Of a stretch of DNA of 64,000 bases, positions 43,450 to 54,173 are shown one piece after another. Position numbers and translations under genes: made by a program. This DNA is from an uncultured delta proteobacterium (GTDB taxonomy: Bacteria; Desulfobacterota; Binatia; UBA9968), in contig CAWJZV010000034.1 of the NCBI GenBank assembly GCA_963847445.1, positions 192,001-256,000 on the forward strand, in the 5' to 3' direction. Position 1 is the stretch's first letter; each line of letters opens with the position of its first letter. The notes under the pieces were generated by a model that made no database searches, was not told the DNA's origin, and was given only the letters and a program-made list of their open reading frames with translations.

Positions 43450-44332
43450 ATGAAACGACGTAGTTTTATTGGCGCGCTTACGAGCTTTCTGCTCTTGCCG
43501 CTGCGTGAAATCGTCGAGGCGGTGTGCAATCCGTCGGTGGTGCACTTCTTTCATCATGGACGCCAACTGGTTCAGGCGCGCGGTAATAACGGCAAAAGCC
43601 TGGCTCTGGGCTCTTATTTTCTCCAGTGGTACGGCCATTCGAGTTTTTTGATTCACTCGGGCAGCCAAACCAAAGTCGTCGCCGATCCCAATTTCAATGT
43701 CACCCCGGGGATTCAAGCCGACGCGGTGACCATCAGCAACGATCACTTCACCCATAACAACACCGGCGCGGTGACCGGCAATCCGGTGATTTTGCGCGGC
43801 ATCACTTTTAAGCAGACCTGGCAGCCGATTCGCACCAGCGTAAAAGATATCACCATCGTCAATATCCCGAGCCAGCGCAGCGCCAACTGGGGCGCCATCG
43901 CTAATTCCATATTCGTTTACGAAATGGGCAGCTTATGCCTGGCCCATCTGGGCAACATCGGCCACTTGCTTACCGACGAGCAGGTCAAGGTGCTGCAGCG
44001 CGTTGACGTCATGATGGTGCCCATCGATGCGATGACCAATCTGGGTTTCGAAGACGTCATCAAGGTGATCGACCAGGTGAAGCCGCCGATTGTGATTCCG
44101 ATGCATTACGATATCGCGCGCCAGGCCGAGCTGTTTGCCGTCTTCGCCAAAGAGCACTACCCGGTCAAACGTCGTCGCGGAGTCGCAACTTACTTTAAAT
44201 CGTTCGATGCTCCCGAAAACGACCGAGGTTTATGTGCTCGCCCATCCCCGTTCCACAGGCTTTCGGCGACTGAAACGTTGCGGTTCATTTCTTTTATGGC
44301 CGCTCGCACAAAGCGCCGCGAATTTCGGTTGA
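43450..44332 (+). CDS. MBL-fold metallo-hydrolase with Tat-like leader (frameshift at the 3' end)
   Basis: KRRSFI; WYGHSSF, ADP, SNDHFTHN, HLGN, IPMHY. Confidence 0.8.
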
Positions 44333-44382
44333 TGTTTGTCTGCTTGTGGCTTATAATACCGAGAATTCGTTACAGGTGCTTT

Positions 44383-44750
44383 TTGGACACTAAAGACCAC
44401 CACATATTTTCGCAAGATGTTGAGCGAGCGCATCGAAGAGTTGCGCACCGAGGCCGGCAAAACCGTCGGGACCATGGACGAAGAAGAAAACTTCCCCGAT
44501 CCCATCCGACCGGGCGTCGATGGAGTCCAACCGCAACTCGATGCTGCGCATGCGCGACCGCGAGCGCAAACTCATTTTCAAGATTCAAGAAGCCCTGGAG
44601 CGTCTCGAAGCCGGCACATACGGCATCTGTGAAAAGTGCGATGAAGAGATCGGCATCGCCCGGCTCAAAGCCCGCCCGGTGACGACACTGTGCATCCAGT
44701 GCAAGTCCGACCAGGAAGTCGAAGAAAGAAAGGCTAAGCGGGTCCTCTGA
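44383..44750 (+). CDS. dksA: RNA polymerase-binding protein DksA (frameshifted)
   Basis: FPDP, RDRERKLI.KI..AL, YGICEKC...RLKARP..LCIQC. Confidence 0.9.
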
Positions 44751-44767
44751 CCGGCAATTTCACTCCT

Positions 44768-45631
44768 ATGAAACTTCGCAAAGCGGTTATTCCCGTGGCT
44801 GGGCTGGGCACGCGCTTCTTGCCGGCAACCAAAACCGTGCCCAAGGAGCTGCTGCCGATCGTCGATATCCCGTCGATCCAGTATGTCGTCCAAGAGGCGG
44901 TGGACGCCGGCATCGAAGAGATCATCTTCGTCACCGGCCGCGGCAAAGACAGCATCGAAGATCATTTCGATGAAGCGCCTGAATTGGAGCAGTTGCTTGC
45001 CGCCCGCGGCAACCATGAGATGGCTCAGACTTTGCGCAAAATCGCCGAGATGACCGAAGTGGTTTCGGTGCGGCAGAAAAAGCCATTGGGCCTCGGTCAC
45101 GCGGTGCTGTGCGCCCGCGATTTGGTTGGCGATGAGCCATTTGCGGTGATGCTTGCCGATGACTTGATCGAGTCCGAAGTGCCGGGTATTCGCCAGTTAA
45201 TCGATATTTTTGAAGAGACTGCCGAATCAGTAATTGCGCTCATGGAGGTGCCCCAAGCGGAGGTGCATCAATACGGCGTGATTAAAGGGCGGGAAATAAA
45301 AAAGCGGCTCTACCAGGTCGAAGCGACCGTGGAAAAACCGTTGGCAAAGGATGCGCCGTCGCGCATGGCGATCATCGGCCGCTATGTGCTGCGGCCGGAG
45401 ATCTTTCAAATTTTAAAAAACCTACCTCCAGGGCGGGGCGGTGAGATCCAGCTCACTGATGGCCTATCGCAATTGGTTCGTGAACGGAAAATATTTGGCT
45501 GCGAGTTCGTCGGCGACCGGTACGATATCGGCGACAAATTCGGTTTTGTCCGGGCGACGGTGGCTTATGCGTTGAAAAGGCCAGACCTTAGAGATAAAGT
45601 GCTGGAGTATTTGAAATCCATCAAAAACTAG
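44768..45631 (+). CDS. galU: UTP-glucose-1-phosphate uridylyltransferase
   Basis: KAVIPVAGLGTRFLPATK, LGLGHAV, VEKP, GEIQLTD. Confidence 0.95.
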   Translation: MKLRKAVIPVAGLGTRFLPATKTVPKELLPIVDIPSIQYVVQEAVDAGIEEIIFVTGRGKDSIEDHFDEAPELEQLLAARGNHEMAQTLRKIAEMTEVVSVRQKKPLGLGHAVLCARDLVGDEPFAVMLADDLIESEVPGIRQLIDIFEETAESVIALMEVPQAEVHQYGVIKGREIKKRLYQVEATVEKPLAKDAPSRMAIIGRYVLRPEIFQILKNLPPGRGGEIQLTDGLSQLVRERKIFGCEFVGDRYDIGDKFGFVRATVAYALKRPDLRDKVLEYLKSIKN

Positions 45632-45708
<77 letters not shown>

Positions 45709-45949
45709 AATTCTTCTTTCAATCCCGCTACTAGTCAAATAATGGAGGCGCTCCCCTGCTACCCGCAGGCAGTCGCCATAGGGATCAATCTACCCGCATC
45801 TGTTACTAAGCCTCGCCAAACTGGTTCGTCCTTCGCCGTGGTCTCGCCGCAGTCGCATTGTTCTTATTACCGAATTGACATAACTCCTGGGCTATGAAAA
45901 TAGGATCGGGAATTTTCATGACGGTACGATAACCATCGCGCGGGGGAAA

Positions 45950-46268
45950 CCATGTTGCCGGTGGTGTTTATGGCGTCGGTCGGCCGCTTGGGGCCGATGG
46001 AGCTGGACCAGCGGCAAATCGAAGAAATGTTCGGCGCAGTCGCTATTTGCCGTGGCGATCTTGGCCAATCTCAAGTTTAGCCTCGGCGAGGCTGTGGTCA
46101 TATTCTTGTTGTTTGCGACTCAACCGTTATTCCCGGATCCGTAATTTCGCTTCTATTATTCGATTCTCTATATCATCCTGGCCCTAGGCATGATGGCGCT
46201 GAGAAAGGATTCGCCAAGGCGTGTTCGGGTTGTTCGCTCGCGGCGCGCCGGTATTGAAGAAGCACTAG
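45950..46268 (+). pseudogene. C-terminal fragment of a cation antiporter (Na/Ca exchanger-like)
   Basis: LDQRQIEEM/AQSLFAVAILANLKFSLGEAVVIFLLFATQ; in-frame stop and shifts; N-terminus absent. Confidence 0.5.
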
Positions 46269-46350
46269 ACTTGGATCGACTGGCATGTCAGCCTGAGCGT
46301 CAATAGGCATCGGTGCGCCGGCGTTTTTTAGCTGGCGGAAGGTCTAAGTC

Positions 46351-46665
46351 ATGGCAATGAAACCGACAGGAATCATCCGGCAGTTGGGCTGGCGCAAATT
46401 CTTTCAGCTGCTTACCCATCTGCCGAGCTTCGTAAAACTGTTCTCACGCTTGATCAAAGACCCAAGGGTTTCTACCAGCCCAAAACTGGTTGTCGCTGGC
46501 ATCCTGGCCTATGTCATCTTGCCGACCGATCTGCTGCCGGATTTTCTTATCGGGGTCGGTCAGATGGACGACCTTGCGGTCATCCTCGGCGGCTTAAAAT
46601 TATTTCTCCGTCTGTGTCCTAGTGAAGTCGTGCAGGAACACTTGAATTCGATCACACAGGGTTAA
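46351..46665 (+). CDS. YkvA/DUF1232 family
   Basis: DPRV, AYVILPTDLLPDFL.GVGQMDD. Confidence 0.9.
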   Translation: MAMKPTGIIRQLGWRKFFQLLTHLPSFVKLFSRLIKDPRVSTSPKLVVAGILAYVILPTDLLPDFLIGVGQMDDLAVILGGLKLFLRLCPSEVVQEHLNSITQG

Positions 46666-46748
46666 CCCAGCGCAGTGATTATTGCGGGAGAATGGCGAAA
46701 TTCGCGCCGGAATGATTTCCGGCGAGTTCTGGGAAACTTACCGGCGGG

Positions 46749-46961
46749 TTAGTGCTTAGCCGCGGCGGGCTTTTCTTCCTTGATATTGTCGTGGATCATG
46801 CGTGGCACGCCGCCGCAGTTGAAGCAGCGGGGCGGTTCATGCTTGGTTTCACCTTCGGGGTAGCGCATGAAGCGTTTGTAGAAAGGCTTTTCCGTGCCGA
46901 CAAAGTCGTCGTAATAAAAAGCCAGTTTGCCGCACTCGCTGCATTGTAGATACTTCGCCAT
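46749..46961 (-). CDS. Small zinc-ribbon protein (70 aa)
   Basis: MAKYLQCSECGK...RCFNCG; GGAG RBS. Confidence 0.65.
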   Translation of the reverse strand: MAKYLQCSECGKLAFYYDDFVGTEKPFYKRFMRYPEGETKHEPPRCFNCGGVPRMIHDNIKEEKPAAAKH

Positions 46962-47177
46962 CTTCGATTCTCCTGAAATCTCGCCCTCGCGGTAGGCAGA
47001 AGAATACTCACGAACTCTGCCAAGGTCAATGACGGCGGCCGCCGCGGGGTTGAGAATTAATATGATTTGATGCATGGCTTACTATGCATGGGCGACGCCG
47101 CCGCAAATTCAGGGTTGCCGCATGAGTGATTTCAACCGTTTCATCAATCATTAACACACTAAGGGAGGGTCGAGACT

Positions 47178-47780
47178 ATGGCGATCAAATTGTTTAATTC
47201 TCAAACTTCGATGTTTTGCGAAAAGGTCCGGGTGGTCTTTGCGCTGAAGAAGGTGCCCTACGAAGTCATTGACGTGCGCGCCGACGAGCGCAAGTCATTG
47301 CTCGAATACACCAATCAGCGCAAAGTGCCGACGGTCAATTACAACGGCGAGTGTGTGATCGACTCGACGGTGATCTCAGCGCGGCTGGAAAAAGATCATC
47401 CGCAGAACAGCATTTACCCGGAAGGCGCCAATAACAAGGGGCTTTGCCTGGCCATCGAAGACTGGTCCGACGAAGTTTTGATTCACGCCAATCACGCCAT
47501 GCGGCGCGCCGATAATCCGGACGCAAAACAAAAGGCCGAAACCGAGTGGGATAACCACTTCAAAACCCTCGACCAGATGTATACCGGCAAGAAATTCATC
47601 TTCGACAACAGGATGACCATTGCCGACATCTCAATCTTCTCGGAGCTGCACTATCTGTACACCGCGGTGAAATACGATATCCCGGCGCAGTATAAAAACG
47701 TCCACGCGTTTCTGGAAAACATGCGCCAGACCTTGAAGCTCAAATCCTTGGCCGACAGCTTCGACGCGCCCTCGCTCTAG
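47178..47780 (+). CDS. Glutathione S-transferase family
   Basis: SMFCEKVR, KVP, IDS, TIADIS. Confidence 0.9.
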   Translation: MAIKLFNSQTSMFCEKVRVVFALKKVPYEVIDVRADERKSLLEYTNQRKVPTVNYNGECVIDSTVISARLEKDHPQNSIYPEGANNKGLCLAIEDWSDEVLIHANHAMRRADNPDAKQKAETEWDNHFKTLDQMYTGKKFIFDNRMTIADISIFSELHYLYTAVKYDIPAQYKNVHAFLENMRQTLKLKSLADSFDAPSL

Positions 47781-47788
47781 GATCGGGT

Positions 47789-48031
47789 ATGAAGACCGAC
47801 GTAATCGTGCCGCGCTTGGGTTCGAGCGACGAGAGTGACGAGGTGAGAATCCTGCGCTGGATCAAGACCCCTGGAGCTGCGGTGAAAAGGGGCGAGGCGC
47901 TGCTCGAAGTCGAAACCGACAAAGTCAACGTCGAGATCGAAGCACCGGCGGATGGCATCTTGGGTGAGGTAAGCGCCAAAGAGGGCGACTTCATCAAATT
48001 CGGCGCTGCGGTTGCGGTTATCGATAAATGA
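47789..48031 (+). CDS. Stand-alone lipoyl-carrier domain
   Basis: EVETDKV lipoylation motif; 80 aa. Confidence 0.85.
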   Translation: MKTDVIVPRLGSSDESDEVRILRWIKTPGAAVKRGEALLEVETDKVNVEIEAPADGILGEVSAKEGDFIKFGAAVAVIDK

Positions 48032-48205
48032 TTCCGCATGGAAACATCTCTGCCCGGTTGGTGCGGGCGGTCCCCGCCGGCGCTGATCGGGCAGAGATAG
48101 GCTAATTTATTGTTCATTCCAGCAGTTACCGAAAATCACTTTGTTTGCTCTGTTCTCATTGATGACCGGCGCTAATGCTTCTCTAGCGCGGCTAGATGCA
48201 TTGGC

Positions 48206-50032
48206 TTGGGTTGTGCCGATGGCGGGTCAGCATCGCGGCAACGGGTACTGATGGAAGCGCGCTTCGCACAACTCCTGACCCGCACTTGCCTTATCGGTTG
48301 CCTGCTCGGTGTGGCGGGCTCGGTTTACTTGTTGGCCGGCCTGGCCGGTTTGGTTCACAGTTTGGTGCTCAATCTCGCTATCGCCGCGGTTCTCGTAGTG
48401 GCGCTGCTGTTTTTCCTGTGCAACTTCCTGGTAGCCTTCGCTCAGACCAACTGGGTCGGACGCGGTATCTGGCTGGCGATCTTAGCGATTTTGCTGGTCG
48501 AATGCCTGCTCGGGTTCCTGCCGCCGACCAGCCGAGATGAGTTGACCCATCATCTGGCGATACCCAAGCTCTACGCCGATGCCGGGCGCATCATCGAAGT
48601 GCCGGTGGCGCCTTACGCCTACTATCCAATGCTGGTCGACATGCTCTACACGCCGTGGATTTATTGGGGCCTTGATTTTGTCCCCAAGTGGATTCACGCG
48701 CTCTACGGCGCGCTCACTGGCCTGCTGATCTACGCGTATCTGGGCTGGCGCATGAACGGGCTGTACGGTTTAATCGGCGCCTTTTTCTTTTTGTCGACGC
48801 CGGTGATCCTGCGTCTCAGCCACTGGGGCTATATCGATCTCGGCATTACTTTTTACACCACCGCGGCGCTGCTGTTGCTGTTGCGCTGGCGGGAAAATAG
48901 AAACGCTTTGGGCGAGCTGGCATTGGCCGGGCTATCGTTGGGATTTGCTCTGGCCACCAAGCCCAACGGTCTGGTGGCGGCACTGATTATCGTCATGCTG
49001 TTTGCTTTGGTGTTGGCCAAACCGCCGCGCAAAAGTTTATTCGCGTCGATTCAAGAATCAGCGCTATTCGGCGCCTTGACGCTACTGCCGTTCTTACCCT
49101 GGTTGCTCAAGAACTGGTGGCAAACTGGCAATCCCTTTTACCCGTTCTTTCCCGGATGGTTTCACGCGAAAGCTGCCGCGGCTCCGGACACCGCCAGCTT
49201 TGCCGGCATCGGCATCTTCGACAAGCGCGAACTCTTGTACGGCGAAAACATCTGGCAGATCGTCACACTGCCGCTACGGCTGTTCTTTTCCGGCCAGGAC
49301 GATAACCCGCAATACTTTGACGGCGTGTTGACGCCGTTGCTGATCTTATTGTTGCCCTGGGTTTTCACGGGCAAGTGGCCGGAGGACAAGAAATTGCTCG
49401 CCGGTTTTTCCCTGTTGTCGCTACTCTATGCGGTCTTTTTGGTCGATCTGCGGGTGCGCTACGTGTTGTCGATTGTCCCGCCGCTGGCGATCCTAGCCGT
49501 TTACGGGGTGTTCAATATTTATACCCGGATCAAGCGGCCGGCGCTTTTATTTGCCGGCTTATTACTGTTCGCCATTTGGCATGGTGCTTTTCTGTGGAAG
49601 TATGTCGCGGCGGCCGCTCCATGGCCTTATCTAATTGGCGCGGAGAGCCGTGATGGCTATCTTTCACGAACGCTGCCGGAGTATCCGACGTTTCGCTATA
49701 TCAACCGGGAAACGCCGGCAAATGCGAAAATTTATCTTCTCTTTATCGGCCGGAGAGCGTATTATTGCCAGCGGAACTATTTCCACGATGGCGGTGAACT
49801 TCCCGGATTTCTTTTAGCCGCGATTCGCAACGCGAAAGACATCGCACAGTTAGAACAGTCGCTCAGGGGAAACCAGATCACCCATCTCATGCTGCGCGAG
49901 GATCTCCTGAGCGGTTTTCTAGGTAACAATCTCACCACGGATCAAGCACGGCGGTGGAACGAATTTGCCACGAACCGGTTGCAGCTCAACTTCCGTGAGC
50001 GCGGCTACGCACTCTATCAATTGAATGGCTAA
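48206..50032 (+). CDS. Multi-TM GT-C (ArnT/PMT-like) glycosyltransferase
   Basis: DELTHHLAIPK, YID, TKPNG, TGNPFYP, RY. Confidence 0.75.
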   Translation: MGCADGGSASRQRVLMEARFAQLLTRTCLIGCLLGVAGSVYLLAGLAGLVHSLVLNLAIAAVLVVALLFFLCNFLVAFAQTNWVGRGIWLAILAILLVECLLGFLPPTSRDELTHHLAIPKLYADAGRIIEVPVAPYAYYPMLVDMLYTPWIYWGLDFVPKWIHALYGALTGLLIYAYLGWRMNGLYGLIGAFFFLSTPVILRLSHWGYIDLGITFYTTAALLLLLRWRENRNALGELALAGLSLGFALATKPNGLVAALIIVMLFALVLAKPPRKSLFASIQESALFGALTLLPFLPWLLKNWWQTGNPFYPFFPGWFHAKAAAAPDTASFAGIGIFDKRELLYGENIWQIVTLPLRLFFSGQDDNPQYFDGVLTPLLILLLPWVFTGKWPEDKKLLAGFSLLSLLYAVFLVDLRVRYVLSIVPPLAILAVYGVFNIYTRIKRPALLFAGLLLFAIWHGAFLWKYVAAAAPWPYLIGAESRDGYLSRTLPEYPTFRYINRETPANAKIYLLFIGRRAYYCQRNYFHDGGELPGFLLAAIRNAKDIAQLEQSLRGNQITHLMLREDLLSGFLGNNLTTDQARRWNEFATNRLQLNFRERGYALYQLNG

Positions 50033-50912
50033 CCCGGTCGAAACCTCAATCATCGTTCCCGTCTACAACGAAGCGGCGAATCTGAAAAAACTCCTTGGCC
50101 AGATTCACGGGCTCGACTTGCCGGAATGCGAAATCATCGTCGTCGACGATGGGTCGAATGACCGCAGCGCGGAAATTGCCATGACGGCCGGCGCCAACGT
50201 CGTGCGTCATCCTTACAACATCGGTAACGGCGCCGCGATAAAAAGCGGCATGCGCGTGGCTAAAGGCAAGTTCATAGTATTGATGGACGGCGATGGCCAG
50301 CACAAGCCCGAGGATATCCCCAAGCTGTTGGCCGCAGCAGAGATTTATCACATGGTCGTTGGCGCACGCGCCAAAGGGTCGAAGCTCCGCCTGCACCGCA
50401 ACTTGGCCAACATGGTTTACAATCTTTTGGCTTCCTACGTGACCCGGTTCAAGGTGGAGGATCTGACTTCAGGGTTTCGAGTGATGCGCCGGCGCGACGC
50501 GCTGCGCTTCATCGATTTGCTGCCCAACACGTTTTCGTATCCGACGACACTGACGCTGGCCTTTCTGCGTTCCGGGCTGACCGTCAAGTATGTGCCGATC
50601 CAGACCCTTTACCGCGCCGGCCAGAGTAAGATCAGCCTGGTGACCGACGGTATTTTATTCCTGCTGATCATCACCAAGATCGCCACGTTGTTCTCGCCAT
50701 TTCGAGTTTTCCTGCCGGTGAGTGTGTTTTTCTTTCTCGGCGGCCTTGGCAATTACATTTACACTTACGTCACGCAGAATCGTTTCACCAACATGTCGGT
50801 GTTCGCCTTGAGCACGGCGGTGATTATTTTCATGTTGGGTTTGGTCTCCGAACAGATTGCCCTCTTGCGCATGGAGCGCCAGGAGAGCGGGCGGCGGCGG
50901 GACGATGGATGA
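50025..50912 (+). CDS. GT2, polyprenol-phosphate glycosyltransferase (DPM1-like)
   Basis: IIVPVYNE, DDGS, DGDGQH, DLTSGFR, two C-terminal TMs. Confidence 0.9.
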   Translation: MANPVETSIIVPVYNEAANLKKLLGQIHGLDLPECEIIVVDDGSNDRSAEIAMTAGANVVRHPYNIGNGAAIKSGMRVAKGKFIVLMDGDGQHKPEDIPKLLAAAEIYHMVVGARAKGSKLRLHRNLANMVYNLLASYVTRFKVEDLTSGFRVMRRRDALRFIDLLPNTFSYPTTLTLAFLRSGLTVKYVPIQTLYRAGQSKISLVTDGILFLLIITKIATLFSPFRVFLPVSVFFFLGGLGNYIYTYVTQNRFTNMSVFALSTAVIIFMLGLVSEQIALLRMERQESGRRRDDG

Positions 50913-50918
50913 ATTCAA

Positions 50919-51683
50919 TTGGCGCAAACTTCCTTCGTTGCTGACAGAGCGAACGTTGTGAATCCACAGCTGAAGACTCAAAAGACTCCGGACGCAGCGA
51001 CGGTACGCGAATTCTACGAGCGGGTTTACTACGCCAACGCGACGGCGTCAGCGGCTATTCCGGCGCACTACCGGAGGCTTGCCAAGAAGCTTCAGCCGTG
51101 GAAGGGCCAGCGATTGCTCGACGTAGCCTGCGGCACAGGTCAGTGGCTTAATGCGGCTGCCGCGCTTGGCGCGGTGCCCGCCGGCATCGATATTTCCCAA
51201 ACAGCGCTCGATATTTGCCGCAAGACTCTACCTGACGGCGAGCTCCATTGCGGTCCGGCCGAGCAGCTACCGTTTGCCGACCGGCGGTTCGACGTTGTTT
51301 CATGTCTCGGCGCATTGGAACATTTCTTAGATCCGCACGCGGCGCTGCGCGAGATGGTCCGGGTGGCGAAACCGGGTGCGATATTCATTCTGCTCGTACC
51401 GAATGCGGGATTTTTGCCGTTGCGCTTGGGGCTCTATTCAGGAACGCAGCAAGCTGATGTTCGCGAAGAGGTGCGGTCGCTGTCGCAGTGGCGCGAACTT
51501 TTTGCAAGCGCCGGTCTCAGTGTGCGCCATCGCTGGCGCGATCTCCATGTTATCTCGCCGTCATGGATTTTTCGCGGACCTTGGTACGCATGGCCGGTGC
51601 GCGCCGCCCAAGCGTTCGCCCTACCTTTCTGGCCGCTGGATTGGCAGTATCAAGTTTATCATCTGTGCACGATCAAGCGTTGA
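50919..51683 (+). CDS. SAM methyltransferase type 11
   Basis: LLDVACGTG, LPF..FD, LEH, RVAKPG. Confidence 0.9.
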   Translation: MAQTSFVADRANVVNPQLKTQKTPDAATVREFYERVYYANATASAAIPAHYRRLAKKLQPWKGQRLLDVACGTGQWLNAAAALGAVPAGIDISQTALDICRKTLPDGELHCGPAEQLPFADRRFDVVSCLGALEHFLDPHAALREMVRVAKPGAIFILLVPNAGFLPLRLGLYSGTQQADVREEVRSLSQWRELFASAGLSVRHRWRDLHVISPSWIFRGPWYAWPVRAAQAFALPFWPLDWQYQVYHLCTIKR

Positions 51684-51694
51684 CTACCGCGAGC

Positions 51695-52877
51695 ATGGAG
51701 ATTCTCGTCATCACGTGGAATTATCCACCGCGGCAGGGAGGGATGGAGCAGCTGCTCGCCAGCGTGTGCGCTGGCTTGAGCAAAAATCATCGGGTGTCGG
51801 TGATCACGGCGTATGCCGATAAGCATTTCACAGCGGGCGAAGAGTCGGTTTTTCGGCCCGCGTCGCCCGGCCTCGTTCGCTACTTTCTCTTCGCATTTAC
51901 CAAAGGGTTCGCGCTACTGTGCGGCAACCGCAACATCTCCGTGGTTTTCGGCGGCAGTGTGTTAGTGACGCCGATTGTCTTGATACTGGCCCGCTTGTTT
52001 CGCCGTAAAGCGATCGTCCAAGCCCATGGCTTAGATCTGATCTATCGCAATTCAATCTATCAATTCTTCGTTGTCCGCGGGCTTCGCTATGTCGATCGCG
52101 TGATTGCCAACAGCCGTCACACGGCAAGGTTGGCTCAGCAGAAAGGTGTGACGGAGCGAGCGATAGAGATAATCCATCCCGGTGTCGACTGGCAGCGCTT
52201 CCAAGTGGCGGAGGACGCGGTAGCACTAAAGCAGACGCGGGGATTGGCGCACCGTAAAGTAATTCTTTTCGTCGGCCGGCTGGCCCGGCGCAAGGGCGTC
52301 AAAGAATTCATCGAGCATTCACTGGCCGATATCGTCACGCAAGTGCCTGAGGTTTGTTTTGTCATCGCCGGCGCCAATGCGGCGGAATCGTTGACCCAGC
52401 ACGAAGATGTCGCCGGCGAGATTCGCCGAGCGATCGAGCGCCATGATCTTTCCGAACAGTTGCGTTGGTTCGGCGCGGTCAGCGACGCCGAGCTGGCGCA
52501 GATTTATGCACTTTGCGATGTGCTCGTGTTGCCGGTTTTGGATCTGGATTCTGATGTCGAGGGCTTTGGCATGGTTGCCTTGGAAGCTGCAGCCGCGGGC
52601 AAGCCGGTAATCGCCACTCGTTGCGGCGGGATTCCTGACGCTGTTGAGCGACGGGGTGAGCGGCATTCTGGTGGAGCCGGGAGACTACCAGCGCTTGAGT
52701 GAGTCGATTGTTTCGTTGCTAAAGGATCCACAGATAGGCGCAGCGATGGGACAATCCGGCCGCCAACGCGCCGAGAAAGAGTTTACCTGGGGCTCGGTGG
52801 TGTCACGCTACGAAGCGACCTTCCGCGGTCTGAGTGAAGAAGCTAATCAGGATGCGCTTCCGATCTTCGACCTTTGA
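51695..52877 (+). CDS. GT4 glycosyltransferase (frameshifted)
   Basis: YPP..GGM, HGLD, FVGRL..KG, EGFGMVALEA. Confidence 0.9.
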
Positions 52878-54010
52878 GTCTGGGAAAACTTCGTGCCGGA
52901 GATTTTTTCGAAGAATCTGCTCAGATGTGCCGCCGAGTCGGCCCAAGAGGGCGCATCGATTTGCGCCGCGGTCTTTTTTTCCAATTGTAACCGGATAGCG
53001 CTTGCCAAGCTCATTGAATCTTCAGGCTCAAAAAAGCAATCCGGATAATCCTTTAGCAACTCATTCATCGAGCCCACCGCGGCGGCGACCATCGGGACAC
53101 CGCAGGCGATGATTTCGTAAGCCTTTTGGGGGAAACTGTATTCGCCTTGAGCTGAACGGCGATAACATATGACGGCGAGATCGAGGGCATTTAAGAATAT
53201 CGGGACTCGTTCGTGGGGTAATGATTGAAAATCGTGAATCCGCGGTCCGCTCGGTATCTTTTGCTTCGGACTGCGTGCTCCAGCTAATGCTAAATGGAGC
53301 TCTGGCATTTCTTCCGCCAATGTCGCAAAGGCGGAGAATAGGGTGTCGATGCTACGGCTTGAATCAAGTGCTCCTGCGACGCCGATGATCTTGGCGGCGG
53401 CTGGCAGTGTCAAATCTCGCCGGCAAGTGCGTCCTGTCCCGCGGATAGAATAAATCCTTGCGCACACCGCTCAAGATCACAGCATGCGGATTCGTCACGG
53501 GATAGGTTTGCATGACATGGTCGGCCAGGCGTTGACTGAAGAAGGTGACCCCGTTCGGCTTTTTTTACCGCGCTGCGAAACATGGACAAGACGCCGGGCA
53601 ATTTGGTCGCGGAAAAAGCTTCGAAGTTGTCGTAAAGGTCGATCACCAAACCACAGTGAAACTCGCGGGCGAGGCGAGATCCCAAGATCGCGTGATAGGC
53701 GTCCGAACAAGCCCAGATGATATCAGGTCGAAATTCACCTATCAGTTGTCGCGCCTGGCGGAAATAGCCCGGCAATCCCGGCAAGACAGCCACGCATTAG
53801 ATTGACTGATTGCCACTCGACTTGGCCATCCCGCGAGGCGGTGCAGTCGATGACATGGGCTTCGTTACGCGCGCGGTAGCTTAAGCACAGGCCGTGAACC
53901 TGATGGCCGAGTCGCGCGAGCTCCAAGGGGAGCTCGCGGAATCTGCCGAAACGATCATCGAGGAGATCTTTGCCCATATACTGGCGTTTGGTGAGGACGA
54001 GGATTCTCAT
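52847..54010 (-). CDS. GT4 glycosyltransferase (frameshifted)
   Basis: LARLGHQV, DLYDNFE, FPQKAYE. Confidence 0.8.
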
Positions 54011-54173
54011 TACCGTTGGCTGGTCGATAGCGCTCGAAAGATGACCTTAATATACCGGAAGTGCCCAGGTGTTCAAAAAAAAATAGTAATCCACCGCCAC
54101 AGGACGTATAATAACCGTTATTACTGCGACGATATACGCTTAATGGGGCCTATAATCGCGGAAAGTTTGACCC

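Noticed and set aside
43450-44682. 410-aa MBL fusion, and the 224-aa DUF3501-Fur fusion at 42661-43335
   Set aside because: Artefacts of frameshifts reading through into neighbouring genes.
45709-48200. Integrated prophage or ICE at tRNA-Ala
   Set aside because: No integrase, phage genes or att duplication visible in the window.
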